DNA from: a virus
Taxonomy: Duplodnaviria; Caudoviricetes
DNA: 64,000 nt
Strand: one strand, 5' to 3'
Virus record (IMG/VR): IMGVR_UViG_3300033074_001783
Coordinates: 54,964 to 118,963 of that record
The notes below the pieces were generated by a model, which searched no databases, had not been told where the DNA came from, and was given only the letters and a program-made list of their open reading frames with translations. The translations under genes and the position numbers were made by a program. Of this stretch, positions 56,907-64,000 are shown one piece after another; the stretch's first letter is position 1, and each line of letters starts with the position of its first letter.

Positions 56907-57880
56907 GTTGCATTTCCCTTGTACCACTCGTAGGTGGTTTTGAGATTCTTGAAGAGGTCGTTGGCATCTGGCACAAAACCAAACGTTGCTTTGAATATCT
57001 CTGTGTCTGCTTTGGTCCAACGCACGTCTCCTTGTCTTGCCTCTGTGTGGTAGGCAAAAACTTCTTTGCCAGCAACCTTTGGCATGAGAGCATAAAGATC
57101 GTTCAATGAAACACAAACTCCAGTTCCAACGTTCTTGGCTCGCTCACCAAAAAGGCTGATTGGAACGTCTGAATACAACGACCTAACCATCGCTTCCACA
57201 ACATCGTCCACATAAACATAATCACGAAGACTACTACCATCTCCATTGATTTCAATTGGTGTGTTGTTTACAATGTTTTTGAACCAACTTGGAAATACAC
57301 CACCACCACGTTGTCTTGGACCATACACATTAAACAGACGAAGAACCATCGTTTCAAGTCCAAACTGTTTTGTGTACAGTTGACAATAGTCTTCTACGCA
57401 AGCTTTTTGAATGGCATACGGGGAAGTTCTCGTTGCACTGTTGGCCTCTCCCTCCCTTTGTTTGAGAGGAGTGAAAGTTGTTGATTCACCGTACACTGCG
57501 CTTGAGGAAGCAAAGATAAAACGTTCCACATTTCCTATCCGAGATGCTTCCAACAATGCAACACTTTTATTGATATTATTTAAATCTGTGGCAACAGGTT
57601 TGTTTACGCTATAAGGTACACTAGCGTCAGCGGCAAGATGTATAACATGCGTGTAGTGCCCTTTGGCAAGTGGTTCTAACACCAATTCTCTGCTTGCACA
57701 ATCACCTCTGATTGTATTCCAAGAATTGTATTTGGAAGAAACAATGTTTGGGCGCAAACCGTTGTTAGCCCTAAAGTCATCAACTCCAGCCACTTGAATG
57801 TTTTCTCGTTTTAAACGATCGCACAAGTGAGAGCCAATAAAACCCGCGGCACCTGTTACAAGAACTTTAGCGTTTCTCAT
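56903..57880 (-). CDS. NAD-dependent sugar epimerase (WbpP/GalE-like UDP-Glc(NAc) 4-epimerase)
   Basis: TGAAGFIG, HLAA.ASVP.S, ASSSAVYG, SPYAIQK, FNVYGPRQ, RDYVYVDD, RQGDVR. Confidence 0.88.
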   Translation of the reverse strand: MRNAKVLVTGAAGFIGSHLCDRLKRENIQVAGVDDFRANNGLRPNIVSSKYNSWNTIRGDCASRELVLEPLAKGHYTHVIHLAADASVPYSVNKPVATDLNNINKSVALLEASRIGNVERFIFASSSAVYGESTTFTPLKQREGEANSATRTSPYAIQKACVEDYCQLYTKQFGLETMVLRLFNVYGPRQRGGGVFPSWFKNIVNNTPIEINGDGSSLRDYVYVDDVVEAMVRSLYSDVPISLFGERAKNVGTGVCVSLNDLYALMPKVAGKEVFAYHTEARQGDVRWTKADTEIFKATFGFVPDANDLFKNLKTTYEWYKGNAT

Positions 57881-58107
57881 GATTTCTTGATGTTTTCATT
57901 TTTGGTTTCAACCTCTGTGACATGCGAATCCCAAATTTTCACATACAAAGGTTCGTACAATTTAACAAGTGAAACTTTGGAATTGGAACGAAGAATTGTT
58001 CCAAACACACGAGAAGCATGATCGCCCAAAAGATAAACGCTCACTTCTGTGCCGGGGGCGAATGCTTCTGATTCCATCAATTGAAGATCTCCTTTGAAAA
58101 GGGTCAT
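57877..58107 (-). CDS. small beta-barrel-like hypothetical protein
   Basis: 76 aa, ATGA overlaps on both sides. Confidence 0.55.
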   Translation of the reverse strand: MTLFKGDLQLMESEAFAPGTEVSVYLLGDHASRVFGTILRSNSKVSLVKLYEPLYVKIWDSHVTEVETKNENIKKS

Positions 58108-58268
58108 TCTACATGCTCTCTTGTTGCTAGAATAGCTTTAATAAGCCCCATATGAACCTCCCAATCAAAATCATCTTGACATTCAGGGGGCGACATTTTA
58201 TTCCATTTTCTTTTATACGCAAGGAGTCGCTTGGTCGGTAGCTTCTCTAGTTGCTCTTTGGTCAACAT
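58104..58268 (-). CDS. 54-aa small protein absent from the ORF track
   Basis: MLTKEQLEKLPTKRLLAYKRKWNKMSPPECQDDFDWEVHMGLIKAILATREHVE; GGAG upstream; TGA overlaps the next ATG. Confidence 0.6.
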   Translation of the reverse strand: MLTKEQLEKLPTKRLLAYKRKWNKMSPPECQDDFDWEVHMGLIKAILATREHVE

Positions 58269-59127
58269 TTGTTGTTCTCCATTTTATAGGCATTTCTGTG
58301 TGTGGGGCAGCGTTTGAAACCCCTTGGTAAACCGAAACATCTATTCTTTCTCCAAGGAGAAAACGTTTGTTTATTTCCTCGGCTGTCGTTTCATTCCCAC
58401 ATCTGTTTTGCGCAACATCTTGAACACGATTTAAAGGGTTATTGACCAGTTTACTTTCGCTTTCATAACACACCATCGTTGGTAGATTAGAAAAAACTCC
58501 CATTCCAACAAGCTGTGCCATGTTGCCTTCAAAAACGTTTGGATTGGAAAATTGCAGAGCTCGCGTGACACGTAGAATGAAATCTGTGCGATAAACATGC
58601 CCATCAACGCTCATTGGATATCCCCAATCACCAGATTGGTTAACCCAATTAAATACTAAAGTATCATCTTTGAGTTTTGAAAATTTTGGAGCAGGGGATG
58701 GTGAGTTTGTTGGATAACAGTGATTTATACCCTTCCACAATCTCAGAGAGGTGCATATTATGGTTTTTGGTGCATCCTTCACCAACTGGAATGCAAAATC
58801 ATGAATGGAAAACTCACCTTTAAACACAATGTCATCTACCAAAAACATTGTCAGTTCATGTGATTCGTCAATAGAACTCAGGACCAGATCTCTGAAGTTA
58901 GAATCATCCATTTGGTACTTGAGATTGATGCCTTTATGAAGGGCAGGCCCATATTGCTCAGTGTCTTTAAAAAGCCTCAAATATCCTCTTGGGGCTCCCA
59001 ACATGTCATCTTTAAAAATAACAGAGATGTTTGCTCCCTCGTAACCATGCACCATGTTGAGCTTTAAAGAGGTCAACAGAGCATCAAGCTGTGCAGGACG
59101 ATTGCGACTGAATATTACGATGTTCAT
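58213..59127 (-). CDS. GT-A fold glycosyltransferase-like protein
   Basis: IVIFSRNRPAQLDALLTSL, MFLVDDIVF, WGYPMSVDGH, PNVFE. Confidence 0.65.
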   Translation of the reverse strand: MNIVIFSRNRPAQLDALLTSLKLNMVHGYEGANISVIFKDDMLGAPRGYLRLFKDTEQYGPALHKGINLKYQMDDSNFRDLVLSSIDESHELTMFLVDDIVFKGEFSIHDFAFQLVKDAPKTIICTSLRLWKGINHCYPTNSPSPAPKFSKLKDDTLVFNWVNQSGDWGYPMSVDGHVYRTDFILRVTRALQFSNPNVFEGNMAQLVGMGVFSNLPTMVCYESESKLVNNPLNRVQDVAQNRCGNETTAEEINKRFLLGERIDVSVYQGVSNAAPHTEMPIKWRTTNVDQRATREATDQATPCV

Positions 59128-59131
59128 GTTG

Positions 59132-59446
59132 TCACCTGTAGTAAGGATCTTGTGGCAATTCTAGTTTTGCCGGTTTGTTGACTGCATCAAGTAATTTTTC
59201 CATTGGGACAGCAATAATATTTGGATTTCTTGGTATTTGCATTATTCTGCCTGTGAACAAATCTAAACGTGGATACTGTTTATCCCAACAAACAGATAAC
59301 TCTGCACTGTCCCTCAATAATTTATCTTTAAACATATCCTGTGTGCAATTCAACGTTTGAATGAACCCTGTAGCAATTTCTGTTTCACCTATTAGCAAAC
59401 GAATTTTTGCTGTTTGAATTTTTTGAATTGTTTCGTAGCTATTCAT
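59132..59446 (-). CDS. hypothetical protein
   Basis: ATG at 59446 (MNSYET) overlaps the upstream stop; track gives 59512. Confidence 0.5.
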   Translation of the reverse strand: MNSYETIQKIQTAKIRLLIGETEIATGFIQTLNCTQDMFKDKLLRDSAELSVCWDKQYPRLDLFTGRIMQIPRNPNIIAVPMEKLLDAVNKPAKLELPQDPYYR

Positions 59447-59678
59447 AAATTGGCTCCAGTCTTTCAAGGCCAACGCAAACTTTGTTGGTCCAAAGGGTAA
59501 ACTCCAGCCCAACCACCATCTCTACTTCTTTTTCCAAGATTACAACAACCTGCAATGGTTCTGGGAACCTGTGTGGTTTGATTTCCAAAACTGTTCCTTT
59601 CACGGGAATATGAAGTAAAACCCAAACACGGTTGCCCACTTCCAATGACTGCTGTTCGTACTTGTATGGAACTGTCAT
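59439..59678 (-). CDS. small beta-barrel-like hypothetical protein
   Basis: 79 aa, LEVGNRVWV..KGTVLEI; ATGA overlap. Confidence 0.55.
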   Translation of the reverse strand: MTVPYKYEQQSLEVGNRVWVLLHIPVKGTVLEIKPHRFPEPLQVVVILEKEVEMVVGLEFTLWTNKVCVGLERLEPIYE

Positions 59679-60022
59679 GGAAGTCCAAGCCTTGTTCTGT
59701 CGGGTGTGTTGATAGCGTACTGTACCAAACTTTCAAGATCTTCCGCAACCCAAATCTGCCCACCGCTCTGACAATCCCAACCTGTGTAGTCGCACCAAGC
59801 TGTCACAAAGATACAACGACCATCCAGCAGTCGGAAGACCCCCAACCAGTTCTCCACGTCATGAGCTCCTTCATCAGAAGCAATCACTTGTACGATGTCA
59901 TTAACAGATATACCTGTACTGTTGCCATTGTAGTTGGCACACGGCATACTGCGACTTACTTCAAAAGCCTGCTGCCAATTGTAACTGTCTTTGATTTCTT
60001 CTACTGAACACTGTTGAGCCAT
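59675..60022 (-). CDS. hypothetical protein
   Basis: 115 aa, W.GVFRL.DGR...AWCDYTGWDCQ; AAGGA upstream. Confidence 0.65.
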   Translation of the reverse strand: MAQQCSVEEIKDSYNWQQAFEVSRSMPCANYNGNSTGISVNDIVQVIASDEGAHDVENWLGVFRLLDGRCIFVTAWCDYTGWDCQSGGQIWVAEDLESLVQYAINTPDRTRLGLP

Positions 60023-61020
60023 GATTGAATTTCCTTTGGGTGAGTCATGTTAATGTTGATGCCGTGAGTTCTTTCGCCATTCCAAGGGGAATGGAAAATG
60101 TGTCCGCAGCATCCCTCTTCCAGTTCTTTTGCTTTTGCCTTTATCATTTGATCTGTCACTTCAGACCAAGTGAAACCGGGAAAGAACGGGTTGCTTCGTT
60201 CATCCCTTGATTCAGCGTAAAGAGAAGGCCAAAACCCTGTCCAAAACTGTTTGTACTGTTTGATTTTTCTTTCAATGTTCCACCAAGAGTAATGGAACAC
60301 GGCAGGTACATTTGTGTTGTTTTCATCAAACCATTTTGCAAACAAATGTCTAGCCCCTTGCATCCCCATAGAAGCATGTTTTTGAGCAATTCTTAATCCT
60401 TGTGGGACAACACTTAAACATGGAACAGGTCTTCCGGTCATCACATAAATGTAGTCACAACCATCTGTCCCATGCTCCGCGTACAACAATCCATCAACGT
60501 ATTTGCGATGCGTTTCTGGTATGCCATGAGTGATGTTTGGATCGTTAATAGAAAAACGCCATTTTTCTATGTTTATATCCAAACGAATTTGTCCTGAGCT
60601 ACCCCAGAATTCAACTACTGGAAGTGCCAAGAGCGGTGCTTGTTGAAAAGTATTTGGATTTGCTAGATTTTTGATCAATGGTGCGTGGTCTTCGTGAACC
60701 ACTTCATCCAAGTCAAACTGCCAGAGATATTTCCCTGTACACAAGGATCTTGCTTTGGCTTTTGCTTGACCGTCAAGAATCCCGTGATTTGGTGAGTACC
60801 AATCCCACATTAGATCACTGTAAACTTTGACACGCGAATCTGCTAATTCTAGTTGACTTAACAGAGCGCAGGTTCCGTCATCAGGTATTTCATCCGTGGT
60901 GTTGAATATCACCACCTCGTCAGCAAAAGCCAACATGGATTTCACGGATTCTTTGATTGGGTATTCCATACTCACTGCGTTGCGGCAAGTGGTGTAGGCG
61001 GATATGAGAGGTGCTTCCAT
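60001..61020 (-). CDS. GT2-like glycosyltransferase
   Basis: ISAYTTCRN, FADEVVI, DDGT, WQFDLDE (DxD), FHYSW; start 61020 or 61035. Confidence 0.75.
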   Translation of the reverse strand: MEAPLISAYTTCRNAVSMEYPIKESVKSMLAFADEVVIFNTTDEIPDDGTCALLSQLELADSRVKVYSDLMWDWYSPNHGILDGQAKAKARSLCTGKYLWQFDLDEVVHEDHAPLIKNLANPNTFQQAPLLALPVVEFWGSSGQIRLDINIEKWRFSINDPNITHGIPETHRKYVDGLLYAEHGTDGCDYIYVMTGRPVPCLSVVPQGLRIAQKHASMGMQGARHLFAKWFDENNTNVPAVFHYSWWNIERKIKQYKQFWTGFWPSLYAESRDERSNPFFPGFTWSEVTDQMIKAKAKELEEGCCGHIFHSPWNGERTHGININMTHPKEIQSWLNSVQ

Positions 61021-61064
61021 GACACCAAGAAGCATAACAAAACTAAAGGCAGTTTTGCAAACTT

Positions 61065-61394
61065 TTATTCTTCTTCTTCGTTGGGAAGAACAGGTTCGCG
61101 TTTTTTAATTTTGCGCAATTCTTTTTTAAATTCCTGTTCTTGCTCAGATGGCTCATCCTCTGGTTCGTTGTCATTGGAAAAGTTTTGTGATTCAACAATC
61201 TCACACAGAACAGTACCGAAACCGGCGATGTTCTCAAGACGATCATAAATTTCTGCAATTCCATCTGTGTCGTCTTGGGAATTTTTCAACGTAGCTCTCA
61301 GTTGCCCCAGACGAGCAATCATGCCAAGGCGAAATGTTTCCACAACTTCCGAAGAGACAAGATCAAAAAGTTCTGTTTCCATGTTGTTCACCAA
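61065..61394 (-). CDS. acidic hypothetical protein
   Basis: 109 aa; start 61394 or 61382. Confidence 0.6.
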   Translation of the reverse strand: MVNNMETELFDLVSSEVVETFRLGMIARLGQLRATLKNSQDDTDGIAEIYDRLENIAGFGTVLCEIVESQNFSNDNEPEDEPSEQEQEFKKELRKIKKREPVLPNEEEE

Positions 61395-62452
61395 TCTCCG
61401 TTTGTGATTTCGTTGGGGTTAACCTTGGGCGGCGACCAAGGAATTTTTACTGTGATTTTCTCTTGTAGCAAAGAATGATCCTCTTGATTCAAGAGATTTT
61501 TCTCTTTGTCAATTTCTGATATTGTCTTGATGTTGGCCAAAGCCCCTGAACCAGAAATAGAAGGGGCGCTCTCATCATACAACTCGTACCAAGCGTAGCC
61601 AGCAAATTCGTACATTTTGCGTGTAATTGGAGTTGTTGGAGGATCTTCTCCGGTAATTTCGCGATACATCACACTATTCACAATGTGAACGAATACCTTT
61701 TCTCCTGCTGACTGATCCCAGACATCAACATCGTATTCTGACTCGTAGATCTTTTGGGTGATTTCTCCACCTTCACCAAGGCCCATTTCCATTCTCCTTG
61801 TCGCACAAGCAACAGCCGAAATGGGATATGAGTCCATTGTTGATTCTAAAGAAGAAGAATACAAAACGGAACCTCTATTAAAACTCAGTGGTTTTGGATC
61901 TTTGATTGCACCCTTTTTGCTTGGATATGTGAGAATCTGGATGCCTCCAACATCTTCTTTGCCGGTGACCTGCGCTTCTACCGTGTATCCGCCACCAAGA
62001 GGCATGGCAACGAACTGCTTTACCGTTCCCTTGCTTGTATTGAAACCGTCCAGCCAAGGTTGGCTTGTCCCGTTATAACGACTGTTGTGAACTACAACAT
62101 AGTCTTGCTGTGGGTCTTTTGAGACTCCAACTGTTTTTGATTGGATTTCTGTCTTCCAAGGTTTGCCAGAAATGGCATTTATTTTACCACACGCTACTTT
62201 CACGGCAACTGGTTTGACGGCTCTGAAATTCATCCACATAGCTTCTCGCTGGTACATGCAGATGAAAACCCCGCCGTGCGCAACCCAAGAGGCAGGCACT
62301 TTGGTCTTGTAGTCTTCTACTCGTTTAATGGGGAATGATCCACAGGATGCTGGCAAGCCATGTTCTTTACCATCTTCGGGGATACGAAGTGTTCGTTCAA
62401 ACGAGAGAATAAAACCGTTATCAAATACAATTGTTTTGTCGTGTATCTCCAT
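61388..62452 (-). CDS. conserved uncharacterised protein (RTLRIP...YQREAMW...QPWLDG...QFVAMPLG family)
   Basis: dense conserved-looking motifs; ATG at 62452 preferred. Confidence 0.75.
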   Translation of the reverse strand: MEIHDKTIVFDNGFILSFERTLRIPEDGKEHGLPASCGSFPIKRVEDYKTKVPASWVAHGGVFICMYQREAMWMNFRAVKPVAVKVACGKINAISGKPWKTEIQSKTVGVSKDPQQDYVVVHNSRYNGTSQPWLDGFNTSKGTVKQFVAMPLGGGYTVEAQVTGKEDVGGIQILTYPSKKGAIKDPKPLSFNRGSVLYSSSLESTMDSYPISAVACATRRMEMGLGEGGEITQKIYESEYDVDVWDQSAGEKVFVHIVNSVMYREITGEDPPTTPITRKMYEFAGYAWYELYDESAPSISGSGALANIKTISEIDKEKNLLNQEDHSLLQEKITVKIPWSPPKVNPNEITNGDW

Positions 62453-62461
62453 GATGGTTGG

Positions 62462-62490
62462 ATCTTGCCATCTAAGAAAACGAATGTAAA
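62462..62490 (-). promoter_or_regulatory. sigma70-type promoter candidate
   Basis: TTTACA-17 nt-CAAGAT with TG extension, 9 nt upstream of ATG 62452. Confidence 0.5.
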
Positions 62491-62497
62491 ACAATTG

Positions 62498-63367
62498 TCA
62501 GCGACAGTGTTCCGTGTTTTTATACTCGCAATAAGTGCAAGAGTTCCTGTTTTTAGTTTTGAACCCTTTTTTTACGCTTCCCAACATTCTGCCTAAATCA
62601 TCAAGAGCGGCTTGCATGGTTTTTGGTCCAACAGAAACAGGAACAAGTTCTATACGAGATTTTGTCTTACCTGTTTCTTTATCTTTGGCGGGCGTGCGCT
62701 TCAGTAGAATAAAACCGCACTTTATGTCTTCAAATGGGATGCCGAGTTTCTTGGACCAAAAATGTTTGTAAAATGCTAATTGCATTGTTTTCTTTCGGTC
62801 TGTTTTCTTTTCCATAGTCCAGCCCCAAGCGCATGTTTTCCAGTCAACAATCCAATACTCATACTCATCTGGTTTGGCTCTTTTCAGCCTAGCGCTTTTT
62901 TTAATCTTGACGATTCCGTCAATGAAACCTTTGAAGAATCTATCTTCTTGAACCATTACAGCTTCATAGAGTTGTTCCTCTGCTGCGATATATTCCCAAT
63001 CACCAAAAGTTTCTGTAAGGAATTGCGGAACCTCTGCAAGAATTGGTTCAACGGTGTCGTGAAACTCTTTTTCTTTTACAGAAATGTTGTATTTCGCAAA
63101 TGCTTCTTTAAGGTTTTCTATCACCGTTTCAGAAGATGGCATCACTCGCGTTCCAAGAAACGTCTGTAGTGCTTCGTGCATTACGTGACCAAATTCAGTG
63201 TGTTCACTTTGTGAATCAAGTTTGATTTTTTGAATATATTTTTGAAAATGCTTCCAAGAACAATCAAGCCACGTTACCAATTCAGAATAAGAAACGTGTT
63301 TTTTTGGTTGTTCAACTGCAATGTCATTTTCCTGTAAAACAGGTAATAGGTTACTCATTCCACCCAC
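62498..63367 (-). CDS. PD-(D/E)XK exonuclease (RecB/AddB/Cas4-like, 4-Cys cluster)
   Basis: SYS...C, FG..HE, E, GFID, IVDWKT, QLAFY, C-terminal CTYC.....C. Confidence 0.85.
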   Translation of the reverse strand: MGGMSNLLPVLQENDIAVEQPKKHVSYSELVTWLDCSWKHFQKYIQKIKLDSQSEHTEFGHVMHEALQTFLGTRVMPSSETVIENLKEAFAKYNISVKEKEFHDTVEPILAEVPQFLTETFGDWEYIAAEEQLYEAVMVQEDRFFKGFIDGIVKIKKSARLKRAKPDEYEYWIVDWKTCAWGWTMEKKTDRKKTMQLAFYKHFWSKKLGIPFEDIKCGFILLKRTPAKDKETGKTKSRIELVPVSVGPKTMQAALDDLGRMLGSVKKGFKTKNRNSCTYCEYKNTEHCR

Positions 63368-63373
63368 TTTGCT

Positions 63374-64000
63374 TTATTTTGTAGCAGTTGTGAAAGAATC
63401 CCAAAAATCTGCTGCACTTTGACGCAAATATGAATCTGTTGTTTCAACAGAGCCGGAAAACCATACTTCATTTTTGTGTAAAACATTGTCATTCAATGTA
63501 AGATCTATTCCCATCAATTTTGCTTCAATTGTAACTCTTGGGCAAGTGTCATAATCTTGTGGCATAAACACCAATTCTTGAACCTTTGCCAATTTTGTTA
63601 AAAATGATTTGTAGTCTTTGTCGGCAATAGAAACAACGTTTTTATTACGCAACTTACACCAAGCCAAAGTTTGTTCTATCCCTTTAATCCAGCTTCCAGA
63701 CCCAAGAACGCCTGTTGTTCTCGGCTCAATGACACGCTTGTGTCTAAACGTTGCCAAAATGTCCAACGTTTCGTCATCAAACACAGATGAAATAACCAAA
63801 CTATTTTTTTTTGCAAGAGCAGGAAGTTTTGATTCAACGATCTGTCCTTGGCGTTCACTCATCCAATATATCATTTTTGCTTTGGTAAACAAATCTGATA
63901 TTTTTTGACCGTGCTCTGTTTTATGGCAATCGCACGGATTGCCAGTTTCCAACAAATGCCTTCTTTCGGATCTGTAAGCACAATATTTGAAATCATATTC
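63374..64000 (-). CDS. GT-B glycosyltransferase-like protein, 5' end beyond the window
   Basis: frame open to the window edge (EYDFKYCAYRS...PCDC); WIKG, VFMP..YDTCPRVTIEAKLMG resembles the GT4 EX7E region. Confidence 0.6.
   Translation of the reverse strand, partial: EYDFKYCAYRSERRHLLETGNPCDCHKTEHGQKISDLFTKAKMIYWMSERQGQIVESKLPALAKKNSLVISSVFDDETLDILATFRHKRVIEPRTTGVLGSGSWIKGIEQTLAWCKLRNKNVVSIADKDYKSFLTKLAKVQELVFMPQDYDTCPRVTIEAKLMGIDLTLNDNVLHKNEVWFSGSVETTDSYLRQSAADFWDSFTTATK

Noticed and set aside
56907-57116. N-terminal 70-aa extension of the GT2 ORF
   Set aside because: Out-of-frame overlap with the epimerase; the GT2 motif begins at the ATGA-coupled start 56906
3321-58139. 12-bp inverted match TAGAATAGCTTT (3321-3332 and 58128-58139)
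   Set aside because: Second copy lies inside the 54-aa ORF; a 12-mer match is expected by chance
62498-63367. Cas4 as part of a CRISPR-Cas system
   Set aside because: No cas1/cas2 or array in the window; stand-alone PD-(D/E)XK exonucleases are common in phages
2881-63908. Numerous 60-180 aa plus-strand and nested ORFs in the track (e.g. 47958..48503, 48947..49420, 4958..5401)
   Set aside because: Antisense or out-of-frame shadows of well-supported genes with no recognisable motifs
1-64000. CRISPR array, tRNA or rRNA genes
   Set aside because: No regularly spaced repeat-spacer pattern, and no non-coding gap long enough for a tRNA once small ORFs are included
1-64000. Stop-codon reassignment as in some huge phages
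   Set aside because: Long genes are intact in the standard code and TAA, TGA and TAG all terminate genes at tight junctions
8283-64000. Giant eukaryotic virus or bacterial chromosome origin
   Set aside because: T4-like terminase, gp4, gp6, gp25 and gp55-like genes with operon-style coupling indicate a tailed phage

Overview
64-kb, ~38-40% GC, densely packed segment of a large T4-like/'huge' tailed phage genome (myovirus-type baseplate), read in the standard code. Everything from 2842 to the end is on the minus strand except one lone plus-strand gene. Left to right: phage GroEL; ATP-grasp ligase; large terminase with a LAGLIDADG intein; fused Mre11-Rad50 (SbcD-SbcC); primase; RuvC-like resolvase; gp4-like head-completion nuclease; a tandem array of seven diverged GNAT-like paralogs, each with an acidic 'LxEE(I/L)LDE-AA' leader resembling a prohead-protease propeptide; ~26 kb of virion/baseplate genes (LamG, FN3-like, gp6-, gp25- and gp5-like), many enriched in a [ST]-[GAS]-S tripeptide; a gp55-like late sigma factor; and an ~18 kb glycosylation island (GT4 x2, GT2-like, ABO-like GT6, WbpP-like epimerase, HAD-nucleotidyltransferase fusion, GDPD-like, methyltransferase). 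The two best candidates for an undescribed system are (1) the recombining array of putatively capsid-packaged GNAT-like effectors and (2) a virion glycosylation system pairing the glycosyltransferase island with a candidate [ST][GAS]S sequon. All functional calls come from motif recognition by eye; no searches were run.
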